A stretch of 64,000 bases of DNA. It comes from Malacoraja senta (lineage: Eukaryota). Below, piece after piece: positions 1 to 12,210 of this stretch. Numbering within the stretch: position 1 is the first letter of the stretch; each line of letters starts with the position of its first letter. The DNA lies in assembly GCA_038087875.1 (NCBI GenBank), contig JAXLNO010000064.1, positions 1 through 64,000 of the forward strand, in the 5' to 3' direction. A program made the position numbers and the translations under genes. The notes under the pieces are model-generated. The model saw nothing but the letters and a program-made list of their open reading frames with translations. It made no database searches and was not told where the DNA came from.

Positions 1-520
1 GTGACTCCGCCCTGGGGCAAGAGATTGGAATCAATAGAAGCCTGTAACTACCTTGTTATCAAGCAGTCTTCTATCCATCAAGTGTAATTGGCAATATAGC
101 AGCTGTATTTCAGCTGTATAATTGGGCCTTTGCATTATCAGAACTTACAACGTGCAAAGTAGTAACCTCTCAAGTGCCATATAGGTCATTGTTAACATAC
201 CTATGCTATTACCAGCTGAAGCTACCTAAGTCACAATGGTGGAAGAACTATATTCAGCGTTGCTCCAGTAGTTTTGGTCAATTAATCTTCAGTATATTAC
301 AAACTGATGCTAGTGCTCAAAGATGGAAAATTACGAATGCCATCTCTAGTCACGGAGCGGATGGGAATTGCATGAATTACCAATTCTTCAGTTATTGGTA
401 TCAACTATCTATAGACACTAGGTGCTTACTATGGGTTAAAGGGTTATTGTGCGAATATGCATAAACTGCATGCTCAGTTCCAAATTGATACACTGTGGTG
501 GTGGCATATGTTAGTCACAT
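1..520 (+). mobile_element. Degenerate DIRS1-like retrotransposon RT-connection/RNase H remnant
   Basis: Frameshifted translation gives VIGNIAAVF..GPLHYQNLQRAK, LQTDASAQ and a GLKGYC..LH.QFQID..VVAYVSH segment typical of DIRS RNase H. The reading resumes (HMGAIKS) at 1397 after an insertion. Confidence 0.7.
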
Positions 521-1396
521 TGATTGATTGATTAGATTTTATTGTCATTTGAACCTCAAAGAGGCTCAAACAAAATTCCATTTCCACAGCCATACAAACA
601 AAACAATTCCTACACGACACACAAACAATTCAATCTACAGAAAAACATCCATCACAGTGAATCTCCTCCTCACTGTGATGGAAGGCAAAGTCTTTTCTCT
701 CCACTGCACCATTTTTCTCCCGATGTTGAAGCCCCAGGCGGGCAATGTTAAGTCCCACGGCCATTGAGGCCGCGCCGGGCGATATACGGCCTCGCTCCGG
801 GCCCAAAAGTCACAAAGTTGGAGCCCCCGGCGGGCGCTGGAATGTCCTGCGGCCATTAAAGCCGCGCCGGGCGATTTACGGCCCCGCTCCGAGTCGTTCA
901 AACCCCGCGACACGGGCAGGAGAAGTTGCATTGTGGGAGCTCCGGAAAGCGGTCTCTCACCCGGACTCGCGAGCTCCCGATATCATAGTCCACAGGTCTG
1001 CAGCTGGAGCTCCGTAGTCGGGCCGCAGCAGCGAGCCACCACCGCTCCTCACGCTCTGAGGCCGGCCAGCCCCACGATGGTAAGTCCGCAGCTCCACAGG
1101 CTCCGCGACTGGAGCCCCCAGGTCGTCCCGGTCGGAGGCCGCTCCACGGAGCTAGGCCCCAACGACAACGGAGACCCCACAGGGAAAAGGTCGGGTCTCC
1201 CATGCAGGGAAGAGATTTTTTAAAGTTTCCCCCCCGCCCCCCACATATACACAGTTAAAAACAATATTTAAAAAAATATATTTTTTAAAAAATATTTAAA
1301 AAAACCACAAACAACTACATTTAACTAGACAAAAATAAAAAAAGACAGACGGACTGCAGTCGAGCCGCTGCCGTTAGGCGCCGCCACTTCCTGTGC
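521..1396 (-). mobile_element. GC-rich non-autonomous retroelement with Rex1-type 3' tail, apparently full length
   Basis: CACAT direct repeats at 516-520 and 1397-1401. The minus strand begins GCACAGGAAGTGGCGGCGCC and ends AAATGACAATAAA followed by (ATCA)n. Related copies at 41318-41907 and 58489-59016. Confidence 0.75.
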
Positions 1397-1953
1397 CACA
1401 TGGGTGCAATCAAGTCAAAGTATCCTGTCATATTATAGTATACCCCGGAAGAGAGGGGTTACTATTATTATTATTTGTTCATTTATCAGCATCAGCATGT
1501 TTTAAATCTGTCATATCTGTATGCATTATGAATGTTTCCCTTATCTGTGGTCAACTGATGCAGTCTTGCTTGTGTGGACTCGTTTTTCCACGGCATGAAA
1601 TCACAGAGCTTTAAAATCTTCACGTAGTCACTCACGTGACTCCGAAGTAAAATAGTAAGATTAAACGTGCTTACCAGTTTGAAGTTTGATCTTTATTTTA
1701 TGAGGAGTTACGATGAGCGTTTACATGCCCTCCGCTCCCAACCCTCGTATCATAAAGATCATCTGGTAGTTCTAGTCATCTCTAATCTTACTATGTTAGT
1801 TCAACAACTGTTATCTGTGATTTCACACCGCTGCTTTGAAGATTGACACGCATGCGGGCTGACGGCCTTCTATTCACGTAATCGCTCATCGTAACTCCTC
1901 ATAAAATAAAGATCAAACTTCAAACTGGTAAGTTCTCGTTTAATCTTACTATT
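1397..1953 (+). mobile_element. DIRS-like 3' end (internal complementary region plus terminal repeat)
   Basis: Inverted repeat of about 78 bp between 1651-1727 and 1875-1953, lying downstream of the RNase H remnant. This is the ICR/ITR arrangement of DIRS1-type elements. Confidence 0.65.
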
Positions 1954-2165
1954 CTTTGCCACAGAAGGCTGTGGAGGCCAAGTCAGTGGATATTTTGAAG
2001 GCAGAGATAGATAGATTCTTGATTAGTGCGGGTGTCAGAGGTTATGGGGAGAAGGCAGGAGAGTGGGGTTAGGAGGGAGAGATAGCTCAGCCATGATTGA
2101 ATGGCGGAGTAGACTTGATGGGTCGAATGGCCTAAATCTGCTCCTATCACTTATGAAGGTATGAA
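1954..2165 (+). mobile_element. CR1/HER1-like LINE 3' fragment
   Basis: Encodes LPQKAVEAKSVDI..AEIDRFLI..GYGEKAGEWG followed by the family 3' UTR. Confidence 0.85.
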
Positions 2166-2239
2166 CTTTTGAAAGCGATTTATTACTTTGTAATTTATAA
2201 CAACATCGTTATTTATTAAAAGTAGCTTCTTACTACACG

Positions 2240-2465
2240 GGGCGGCACGGTGGCACAGCGGTAGAGTTGCTGCATGACAGCGCCAGAGCCCCAGGTTTGA
2301 TCCTGACTACGGGTTCTGTCTGCACTGAGTTTGTACGTTCTCCTTGTGACTGTGTGGGTTTTCTCCAGGTGCACCAGCTTCCTCTCACATTCTAAAGACG
2401 TACAGATTTGTCGGTTAATTGGCTTCTGTGAATTGACCCTACTGTGTAGGATAGAACTTGTATGA
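2240..2465 (+). mobile_element. HE1-like tRNA-derived SINE (V-SINE type)
   Basis: GGCGGCACGGTGGCACAGCGGTAGAG (A-box region), GGTTTGATCC (B-box-like), and a V-core GGGTTTTCTCCAGGTGC. Confidence 0.85.
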
Positions 2466-2576
2466 ATGAGGTCAGGCATCATCTCTGGAGAAAAAGAATA
2501 GGTGGCGAAGAAGTGTCTTGACCCAAAACGTCACGTATTCCTTTTCTCCAGAGGTACTCGCTGACCCCCTGACCCC

Positions 2577-2960
2577 CTAAGATTGTTAAGGGTTTGGACA
2601 CGCTAGAAGCAGGAAACATGTTCCCGATGTTGGGGGAGTCCAGAACCAGGGGCCACAGTTTAAGAATAAGGAGTAATCCATTTAGAACAGAGTCAAGGAA
2701 ACACTTTTTCTCACAGAGAGTGGTGAGTCTGTGGAATTCTCTGCCTCAGAGGGCGGTGGAGGCAGGTTCTCTGGATGCTTTCAAGAGAGAGCTAGATAGG
2801 GCTCTTAAAAATAGCGGTCAGGGGATATGGGGAGAAGGCAGGAACGGGGTACTGATTGGGGATGATCAGCCATGATCACATTGAATGGCGGTGCTGGCTC
2901 GAAGGGCCAAATGGCCTACTCCTGCACCTATTGTTTATTGTCTATTGTCTATTGTCTATT
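2577..2960 (+). mobile_element. Young CR1-clade LINE 3' fragment with (TATTGTC)n tail
   Basis: Encodes GESRTRGHSLRIR..FFSQRVVSLWNSLPQRAVEA; nearly identical to 10880-11251. Confidence 0.9.
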
Positions 2961-3644
2961 ACCCCTGCTGTTTGCGTCTATCTTCTGTTTAAAACAGCAT
3001 CTGCAGTTCCTTTCTAATCTAACCTAACCTAAACTAAACTAAACTAAACTAAACATAACTAAACAAACTTTCATGCACTCTTCCCTCTGTCTGCAAGCTT
3101 CCTCCCCTCAGAGAGTGGTGCTGAATTTGCACATGTGCCATCTCCATTGCAAGAATTAATTGTAACCCAGCCTTCAGGAGCAGTTATTAATGATGAGCAA
3201 TCCCACTAGCAGCAATCACGCGACTGAAAGCAGCGCACTGTTCGGACCAGGGGAATGGTCATGTTACTGCTGATGCCCAAGACAGCTGTTGGAACAAAAC
3301 TAACATGAAGTCATGATGTTGAAACACGGACACATCACGAGCGGTTTTTCATTGTGCTTCACTGTGGACATCGTCTCCACAAAGTTTCATTCTCATATCA
3401 CATACTAAAAGATTGGGCCATATATTAACACTGCTTGTAGGCTTTGTATCCCTGTGTTACACCCACACGGCAACTCTGAAATGATCAGGTTTCCATTGTG
3501 AAAGAGTCTGTCACTGAGTTTCCAAGCTTTGGGTCTCATTGGAAATGACATTCCACCTCCTTCATCCTTCACCAGCTGCATTTCCCGTCTCTTTCCTCCA
3601 CTGGGGCCTCTGAAGTGTCAAATAATCGGATGACTTTCATCCGC

Positions 3645-3935
3645 CATCTATTCACCAGCTTACCCACTCTGCAACCCCCACTGTCTCCCTCCCCCCAGCT
3701 TCCCAACCTGTTACAGTTAAACCACACAGCTAACAATGGCCTGTTTCCTTTATCATCGATACTTTTTTGCATATCTTTCATTCATTTGTTCTATATCTCT
3801 CTACATCATCGTCTATATCTCTTGTTTCCCTTTCCCCAGACTCAGTCTGAAGAAGGGTCTCGACCCGAAACGTCGCCTATTCCTTTGCTCCATAGATGCT
3901 GCCTCACCCGCTGAGTTTCTCCAGCTTTTTTGTCT
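3645..3935 (+). mobile_element. Penelope-like 3' UTR/pLTR fragment with hammerhead core
   Basis: CTGAAGAAGGGTCTCGACCCGAAACGTC at 3847-3874. The same module follows GIY-YIG remnants elsewhere in the window. Confidence 0.75.
3847..3874 (+). ncRNA. Minimal type I hammerhead ribozyme core (representative copy)
   Basis: CUGAAGA, an extra A, helix II GGGUC-UC-GACCC, then GAAAC and the GUC cleavage triplet with palindromic ACGU. Confidence 0.65.
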
Positions 3936-3939
3936 GAAC

Positions 3940-5170
3940 TCAATCTTTAAGATCGCTGATGATTCCCCTGTTGTTGACCAGATCAATGCCCACGATGAGG
4001 TGGACTACTGGAAAGAGATTGGGATCAGTCACGGTGTCAGAATAATAACCTAGCCTAAAATGGTAGAAAGACAGTCTTCTTCAGCCTGAAGAAGGGTCTC
4101 AACCCGAAACGTCACCCATTCCTTCCCTCCAGTGATGCTGCCTGTCCCGCTGAGTTACTCCAGCATTGTGTGTCTATCTTTGGTTTGAACCAGCATCTGC
4201 AGTTCCTTCCTACACAGAAAGACCAAAGAGTTGCTTGTTGACATAAGGAAGTGAGGGGGTGACCACAACTCAGTCCTCGTTTACAGAGCTGCTGTAGTGA
4301 CGGTTCAGGCTCCTTAGCATGTACATCACCAGCAACCTAACCTGGACCCTTCACACTGTTAGGATCAAGAAAGCACGTCAGTGTATCTACTTTCTTAGGT
4401 GTCTAAGAAGACCTGGCATGTCCATGAATATTCTCTCGAACGTCTGCAGATGTGCTATAGAAAGTATTCTGATGGAATACTTGAAGGGGAAAAGATTTAA
4501 TGGGAATCTGAGGGGTAACTTTTTCACACAGAGTGCGGTGGGTGTATGGAACAAGCTGCCAGAGGAGGTAGTTGAGGCTGGGGCTATCCCATCGTTTAAG
4601 CAACAGTTGGACAGGTACATGGATAGGACAGGTTTGGAGGGTTATGGACAAAGATCAGGCAAGTGGGACTAGGGTAGTTGGGACATGTTGGCTGGTGTGG
4701 GCGAGTTGGGCCGAAGGGCCTGTTTCCACACTGACTCTATGAATGCATCCTGACACAGTTGTCGTGATCCAGAGTTGAATGGAGTGCAATGAGGATGGTA
4801 TCCTTTGTAGGTCTATTTTTCCTGTACACAGATTGCAAGGGATGTATTGGGCAAGCCAAGGGCTCTGCTCTCAGCAGCCTGAACCTGCAGAGAGTGGTGA
4901 ACACAGCCCAGTCTAGCACAGGCTCCTCCCTTCCATCCAATCCATCTTCACGCCACACTGCATCAGGATCGCTATCAGCCTCCATCCATCTAGTTGGAAA
5001 CACCTCGGAATATCTTTAATCGGACTTTACTGGACTTTATCTTGCTCTAAACCTTAATTCCTTAGCCATGTGGATGGTTCGATTGTAATCATGGACAGTC
5101 ATTCCATCACCTGGTTAGCATCCAGCTAAAGCTTTTCACTGTACCTCGGTACACGTGACAATAAACTAAA
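3940..5170 (+). mobile_element. Fragmented old Rex1/Babar-like LINE interrupted by pLTR and CR1 pieces
   Basis: IFKIADDSPVV, ITSNLTWT..KKARQCIYFLRCLRR..CAIESIL and LQRVVNTAQ motifs; 3' tail GTGACAATAAACTAAA; CR1 insert at about 4477-4742. Confidence 0.7.
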
Positions 5171-5367
5171 GTATTGGTGGGAAGATAGACGCAAAGTGCT
5201 GGAGTAACTCAACGAGCCAGGCAGCATCTCTGGAGGAAAAGGATGGGTGACATTTTGTGTCGGGGTTCTTCTTCAGACCAAGGATGCCTGCCACCCTGGC
5301 CATTCCTTTTCTTTTTCTACCTTCTGGGAGAAGATGCAGGAGCTTAAAAGTTTACATGTCCAGACAT

Positions 5368-5616
5368 AAGGGCCTGTCCCACTTGGTGATTTTTTTCGGC
5401 GTCTGCCAGCATCATTGGCTGACGTATCAGGTCACCGAAACTTCGCAGCGCAATGCGGCGTGACGCATCAATGACGCGGCGATGACGCGCCGTGTCGCTG
5501 CGCGATGACGTATGACGCACGGTGTTTTTTTTAGCGCCGCTGGATTTTGAAATGTTTTAAATCTTTTGACAACACTGTTGTGACGTCGAAAAAATCGCCA
5601 AGTGGAACAGGCCCTT
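5368..5616. mobile_element. MITE with AAGGGCCTGTCCCACTTGG TIRs (Harbinger-like; superfamily uncertain)
   Basis: Left TIR AAGGGCCTGTCCCACTTGGTGATTTTTT and right TIR AAAAAATCGCCAAGTGGAACAGGCCCTT; TA-containing flanks; inserted in a Rex1 remnant. Confidence 0.75.
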
Positions 5617-5689
5617 TAAGAGCAACTTTTCCCCCACTGCTATGAGACTCCTGAACCAATCACCTCTTTCATATCCCTTCCCAGAGGTT

Positions 5690-6030
5690 CATAAGTTCAT
5701 AAGTGACGGATGCAGAATTAGGCCATTCGGCCCATCAAGTCTACTCTGCCATTCAATCAAGGCTGATCTATCTCCACCTCCTAACCCCATTCTCCCCATA
5801 ACCCCTGACCCTTACTAATCAAGAATCTATCAATCTCTGCCTTACAAATATCCATTGACTTGGCCTCTACAGCCTTCTGTGGCAATGAATTCCACAGATG
5901 CTCCACCCTCTGACTAAATAAACTCCTCATCTTCCTCCTAAAGGAACGTCCTTTAATTCTGAGGCTATGACCTCTAGTCCTAGACTCTCTCACTAATGGA
6001 AACATCCTCTCCACATCCACTATATCCAGG
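5690..6030 (-). mobile_element. CR1-clade LINE 3' fragment
   Basis: ORF 5781-6053 encodes DVERMFPLVRESRTRGHSLRIKG..WNSLPQKAVEAKS. Confidence 0.9.
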
Positions 6031-6599
6031 TGATGCCATGTGTTCTTACTCATGAATCTTCCTCATCTGGTTATTCTATTATTGTGCTTCAGAATTATTT
6101 TGAATTTATTTATCAATCATTGCTTCCAGTTGCATCTATTAATACCAAGTTTCCTGTTCACATTGTGAGCTTCATGCAAACCAGGAATTAATTGCACCCT
6201 GGTATATAAGACAATAAACAAACCCAAAACTGGGGAGAAATTTCCTCTCTGTGCCTCTTGAGTTCTTCTACTCACAGACACCTAACTACCAGTTTGCCAA
6301 ACTTCAAGTAGCCCTTGCTTTCCCACTCTCTCCACCCCCTCCCCCTTCCCAGTTCTCCGACCAGTCTTACTGTCTCCGACTACATTCTATCTCTGTACCG
6401 CCCACTCCCCTGACATCAGTCTGAAGAAGGGTCTCGATCCGAAACGTCACCCATTCCTTCTTTCCAGAGATGCTGCCTGACCCGCTGAGTTACTCCAGCA
6501 TTTTGTGTCTATCTTCGATTTAAACCAGCATCTGCAGTTCCTTCCTATCAGTTTGTCACCTTCTCCCTTGAATAGCTCATTTTGTCTCACAAGGGTTTG

Positions 6600-6890
6600 T
6601 TTGTTTCGTTTAGAGATACAGCGTGGAAACAGGCCCTTTGGCCCATCAAGTCCACACCGACCATGGATCACTCGTTTGCACTCGGTCAATGTTATCCCAC
6701 TCCCTTCACACAAGGAGGACTTTGCAGAGACTAATTAACCAACAAGCCCGCACGTGGGAGGAAGCCGGAGCACCAGGCAGAATCCTCCGTGCTCACAGGG
6801 ATGAACGTGCAAACTCCACACGGACATCACCCGAGGTCAGGATCGAACCCAGGTCTCTGGCGCTGTGAGGCTGCAGCTCCACCCAGCTGC
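6600..6890 (-). mobile_element. HE1-like SINE
   Basis: Reverse complement of the SINE head (GTCAGGATCGAACCC) and tail (GGAAACAGGCCCTTTGGCCC). Confidence 0.8.
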
Positions 6891-8489
6891 ACTGCTCTCT
6901 CTCTCTCTCTCGAGCGTGGATATAAGAATCACGGCACTCTTTTCAACACTCTGTCCTCTGGAGGTTTACCTGATAATGTCTCTTCCCCTTCTTGGTTTTC
7001 CCATCCCACTGGAATGATTGGGCCCAAGAGCTTTACTTTGTGGACTCCGCGTTCACTATTGCCGGTCTTGAGAAGGGACTAGCCAATGGCTTCTGCTCCT
7101 TCACCAGGATTGCCAAACAAAGAAGTGTTCAGTTGTCCGAGGGTTAACGGACATTTAATGCCTAAACCATGTGTAGATCAGCTTTCAGAAGAGGGCGGCT
7201 CCCACAGGAAGAATCTTCTCATCCCAACTCAGTTCTGGCCAAATTAAGATCCAACGAGCAGAAGTTGGTGAGGGGATAGTGTTTAATTCCTGCGTGTGAC
7301 TCTGCTGGGATTGGTGTCGACAAGACGTCTTCCACGTGCAAGACAGGGGCTTAGAACTGAACTTTCACCCACATCTTTACATCAGAGTCTGACTCCATGT
7401 GCTAAATCCCAAAGAACAAATGACTAAAACAAACTCGCTATTCTGCTCTTGTGCCCATCCTTTAAACAGGGAAAGGCTTCTCTTTGTTAAAAGCCGGGCT
7501 GTTACACTGGTCCCGCAGCTCAAATCAAGAATCAAAGATGAGGATTGCTTTTTCATTTGAAAACAAGGCCTCCCAGCCTTGGCTCCTTCATCCCCACTGC
7601 CAACCCTGGACTGCCAACAATAACCTGGAGAGATCGCACGGGTATAACACACGAGCTCACCACAGACGGCAGATAAACAGTTCTACAAATGACTGCATGC
7701 TGTTGGATTCCAACGTGAAAGCCTATATTTTATTTTTAGGTAAAATGTAATTACAAAATGCTGCCGTTTTCCACTGCCCTTGCCAGTGGTCAAACTGCTG
7801 CTAAGTGGTTCAGGCATGATGTTCTGTAACACTGAAGCAAGTGACAAACACCTGGGGAGACTCAGCAGATCAGTCAGCATCTGTGGAGGGAAATGGACGG
7901 ACGGACAGGTTGAAATTTTCCATCTAGACTGGAAGATGAGGGAAATAGGCTAAGTGAAGAGGTGAGGGGAGGGGTGGAGCAAGAGCTGGCAAGTGATAGG
8001 TGGATTCACGTCAGAAATTCAGACGCACACCTCCAGATTCAGGGACAGTTTCTTCCCATCCGTTATCGGGCAACTGAACCATCCTACCAACAACTAGAGA
8101 GCGGTCCTGAACTACTATCTACCTCATTGAAGACCTTCGGCCTATTTTCTACTAAACTAAACTCAAACTCAACTTTACAGGGCTTTATTTTGCACTAAAT
8201 ATTATTCACTTTATTCCCTTTATCATGTACGTATCTGTACACTGTGATGGCTTGATTGTAACCATGTATTGTCTTTTTGCTGACCGGTTAGCAAGCAACA
8301 AAAGCTTTTCACTGTACCTCAGTACACGTGACAATAAACTCAACTGAGATGGACTTAGGTGGAGCAGGGAAGGGTGGAGATGGTGTCAGAGGCTGGGAGG
8401 TGATGAGTGGAGACAACACATGGGCTCAGTTTGTGGAATCTGACGATAGGAAGGTGAAGACTGGAGACGAGTAAGGGAGAGACCACCCA

Positions 8490-9080
8490 AACCACCCCCC
8501 TCCCCTGGTACTTTCCCTTGCAACCGCAGGAAATGCTACACTTGTCGCTTTACCACCCCCCTCGACTCCATTCAAGGACCCAAGCAGTCTATCCAGCCTC
8601 ATCTACTGCATCCGCTGTTCCAGGTGTCAACTGCTCTACATCGGTGAGACCAAGCGTAGGCTTGGCGATCGCTTCGCCCAACACCTCCGCTGAGTTCGCA
8701 ATAACCAAGCTGATCTCCCGGTGGCTCAGCACTTTAACTCCCCCTCTCATTCCGAATCCGACCTTTCTGTCCTGGGCCTCTTCCATTGTCGGTGTGAGGC
8801 CCACCGCAAATTGGAGGAACAGCACCTCATATTTCGCTTGGGTAGTTTACACCCCAGCGGTATGAACATTGACTTCTCCATTTTCAGGTAGTCCTTGCTT
8901 TCTCCCTTCTTCCCTTCCCAGCTCTCCCACAAGCCTACTGTCTCCGCCTCTTAATTTCTTCTTCCCGCCCCCCCCCCCCCAACATCAGTCTGAAGAAGGG
9001 TCTCGACTCGAAACGTCGCCTATTCCTTCGCTCCACAGATGCTGCCTGCCCCGCTGAGTTTCTCCAGCATTTTTGTCTAC
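8490..9080 (+). mobile_element. Penelope-like element 3' fragment (GIY-YIG endonuclease plus pLTR)
   Basis: GTFPCNRRKCYTC, LIYCIRCSRCQLLYIGETKRRLGDRFAQHL, and EEQHLIFRLGSLHPSGMNIDF; hammerhead core at 8990-9017. Confidence 0.9.
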
Positions 9081-9482
9081 CAAGGGAGAGATGATGGTGA
9101 GATGGCAATAGCGGAGGGAGGAGAAAGAGAAGCCAGTGAGTGGAGTATGTGCTTGATGGGCAAATGGAGTTAAAGTTCCCGCAATAGATGATGGGGGGTA
9201 TTTTTCTGTAAACCAGCATCTGCAGTTCCTCGATTCTCCAAAGCAGTCTGAAGAAAGGTTCTCGCCCCGAAACGTCACCCATCCTATTTCTCCAGAGTTG
9301 CCGCTTGACCCACTGAGTTATCCCAGCACTTTGTGTCTATCTTCAGTATAAACCAGCATCTACAATTCCTGAGACATGGGAAATATGAGATTCCTTGCGT
9401 TCGTGACTCAGCAATGTGTTGCCTGTTGTGCTATGAGTGAAGTTGTAAAACCATTCTTAGAAACTCTGCCAATATATGTATG

Positions 9483-10525
9483 TAGCAATGTTACAAAATT
9501 TTGAGATAAAAAAAATCAAGTCTGTAATTTATCCCATCAGATAAAGCATAAAAAGACGTTTAATTTGACACCTAATTCACTTTCATATCTTCAGTATTAA
9601 AAAAGTTATGGCCATTTCCATACTCGGAAATTAGCATCTTGTTCCCTGTTGCTTTTCCATTGACTTAACACAAAAGCTGTGATCGAGGACAGTCAAAAGC
9701 CCATAACTTTCTTAAAAATTAAGAGAACTGAAAGAAATTTTTCAGTTATTATAGATTGAAGCATTCTGAAACAAATATGAAACAATCTTACTTAGATGAC
9801 ATGAAATTAAAGCATATAATTAGTTAGTTACCTAATTGTAGCTAATTACAAAATTCAATTACTAGATCTAAACATCTATCAATTTCTTAAGAATAGATTA
9901 ACATTTTTAAATAGCCTAAGTGTCCAAATAACATTCACACAAGAATTCACAATATAACATAATTTTTAAATCTCATTGTCATGGATTTACAGGCCAAATG
10001 GAAGGAATTTAATGTTTAATACCTGTAAATTAATGGGCATTTAAATCATCTTGCGAGTGTTTTTTTCTGGAACGCGATCATTTGGAACGTTGATTTGCGG
10101 TGAATTTAACCCCGTATTGGCATGAAAAATACTGCCGTTAGTTCGGGGAAAAGAATCACCGTTTCGCATTTTTAAATGTGAATTAAAGACCTCTTAAGAA
10201 GCACTTTTATACATAAAATAAACGGCTTTCGTTTTCCTGTCCCGTGCGTGAAATCCGTCCCCGTTGTCGGCATTGACGGCTTTCGAAGCTGATTTTAAAA
10301 TAACTCCAGTGCTGAACTTGTCGGGCGAATAAAAATAAAAAATACACAAAACGCCCGTCGGAACGATTCTTTAGCAAAAGCTTGCACACCAACGAAATAT
10401 AATCCAGGACAAGGTAGGAGAAACCCGTGTTTTTACCCCGCCCCCCCCTCAAAGGCGCCAAAATCGTGCACACGGCCAGTGGCAGAATTGCAGCGCCGCT
10501 GAAGGTAAGTATTGTAACATACCTA
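9483..10525. mobile_element. Non-autonomous DNA transposon with TAG...CTA ends (hAT-like)
   Basis: Imperfect TIRs TAGCAATGTTACAA / TTGTAACATACCTA; ATGTATG on both flanks; no transposase ORF. Confidence 0.7.
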
Positions 10526-10732
10526 ATGTATGCACTGCGCTCTGATATCTTTGTTAAATGATAGTTTGAACAGTATTACTTTGGGGACCCATTTTCTGTA
10601 GTGTCAGCTGCAGTGGTAATAGTAGCATTTAAAAATTGGTTAACAACACAGTGGTGACACGGTGGCGCAGCAGTAGAGTTTCTGTCTTGCAGCACCAGAG
10701 ACCCGGGTTGAATCCTGACTACGGGTGCTGTC

Positions 10733-11251
10733 GAGGGAGTGCTATTGATGGAGTGCAGCGTAGGTTTACAAGGTTAATTCCCGGGATGACGGGACTGTCA
10801 TATGCTGAGAGAATGGAGCAGCTGGGCTTGTACACTCTGGAGTTTAGAAGGATGAGAGGGCATCTCATTGAAACATATAAGATTGTTAAGGGTTTGGACA
10901 CGCCAGAGGCAGGAAACATGTTCCCGATGTTGGGGGAGTCCAGAACCAGGGGCCACAGTTTAAGAATAAGGAGTAAGCCATTTAGAACGGAGACGAGGAA
11001 ACACTTTTTCTCACCGAGAGTGGTGAGTCTGTGGAATTCTCTGCCTCAGAGGGCGGTGGAGGCCGGTTCTCTGGATGCTTTCAAGAGAGAGCTAGATAGG
11101 GCTCTTAAAAATAGCGGAGTCAGGGGATATGGGGATAAGGCAGGAACGGGGTACTGATTGGGGATGATCAGCCATGATCACATTGAATGGCGGTGCTGGC
11201 TCAAAGGGCCGAATGGCCTACTCCTGCACCTATTGTCTATTGTCTATTGTC
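10733..11251 (+). mobile_element. Young CR1-clade LINE 3' fragment inserted in an HE1-like SINE (10655-11440)
   Basis: Encodes GVQRRFTRLIPGM..RRMRGHLIETYKI..GYGDKAGTGY. The SINE text GGGTGCTGTC|TGTATGGAG is split by the insert. Confidence 0.9.
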
Positions 11252-11853
11252 TGTATGGAGTTGTATGTTCCCCCTGTGACTGTGTGGGTTTTCTCCGGGT
11301 GCTCCGGTTTCCTCCCACACTCCAACGAGGTGCAGGTTTGTCTGCAAATTGTCCCTACCGTGTAGGATAAAACAAGTGTACAGGGTGGTCGCTGGCGGGC
11401 CGAAGGGCCTGTTTCTACATTGTACCTTTAAACTAAACTAAACCAACACATGAGCTGCACCTGTTCTTGTGCTCAGCGGTGTGAACTTACAACATAATAG
11501 GAATATTTTCCCAGAGGGTTAGAATTGATTCTTGTGTTTCTTTCTCAAGTATTTCAACACCTCAGGGGAAAGAATTCAAAAATGCACAATGTCCAATTGT
11601 TTGAACTTTTTTTTAGTTGGCGGTCCGATGAGTAAAGAGAGAATAAGCGTATCGTAGCTGTCATAACAACACTTCTGCTGCTGTCCATTGCGGACAAGAC
11701 AGTGAGAAACTGCCTCGGGCTTCTCGCCTGCTTCTTATCTTTAACTCCTGCTGGGAAGTATTTATTTGAATCCGCATTCCAGTTAATTCAAACAACCTAG
11801 TTAACCTTGTGCAACTGTTTCAGAAGGAACTGCAGATGCTGGAAAATCGAAGG

Positions 11854-12000
11854 TAGACAAAAATGCTGAGGAAACTCAGCGGGTGAGGCAGCATCTATGG
11901 AGCGAAGGAAATAGGCAACGTTTCGGGCCGAAACGTTGCCTATTTCCTTCGCTCCATAGATGCTGCCTCACCCGTTGAGTTGCTCCAGCATTTTTATCTA
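11854..12000. repeat. Near-perfect ~147-bp palindrome of Penelope pLTR sequence
   Basis: Arms TAGACAAAAATGCTG...CGTTTCGG and CCGAAACG...CAGCATTTTTATCTA, centred near 11927. Confidence 0.85.
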
Positions 12001-12210
12001 ACCTTTGTGCAACTCCTTGTTGCTACATGGATAGACACACAATGCTGGAGTAACTCAGCGTGACAGGCAGCATCTCTGGAGAGAAGGAGTGAGTGACATT
12101 TCGGGTCGAAACCCTTCTTCAGATCAGAAACGTCACCCATTCCTTCTCTCCAGAGATGCTGCCTGTCCCTGCTGAGTTACTCCAGAACTTTGCACCTGTT
12201 TTCGGTGTAA

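Noticed and set aside
700..1220. CpG-island-like promoter
   Set aside because: Lies wholly inside a TSD-flanked interspersed repeat.
2240..2312. tRNA gene-like A and B boxes (many copies)
   Set aside because: They continue into SINE core and tail and form no complete cloverleaf; these are SINE heads.
6910..7860. Possible exons in unique sequence
   Set aside because: The frames examined hit stops, gave no recognisable peptide and had no convincing splice pair.
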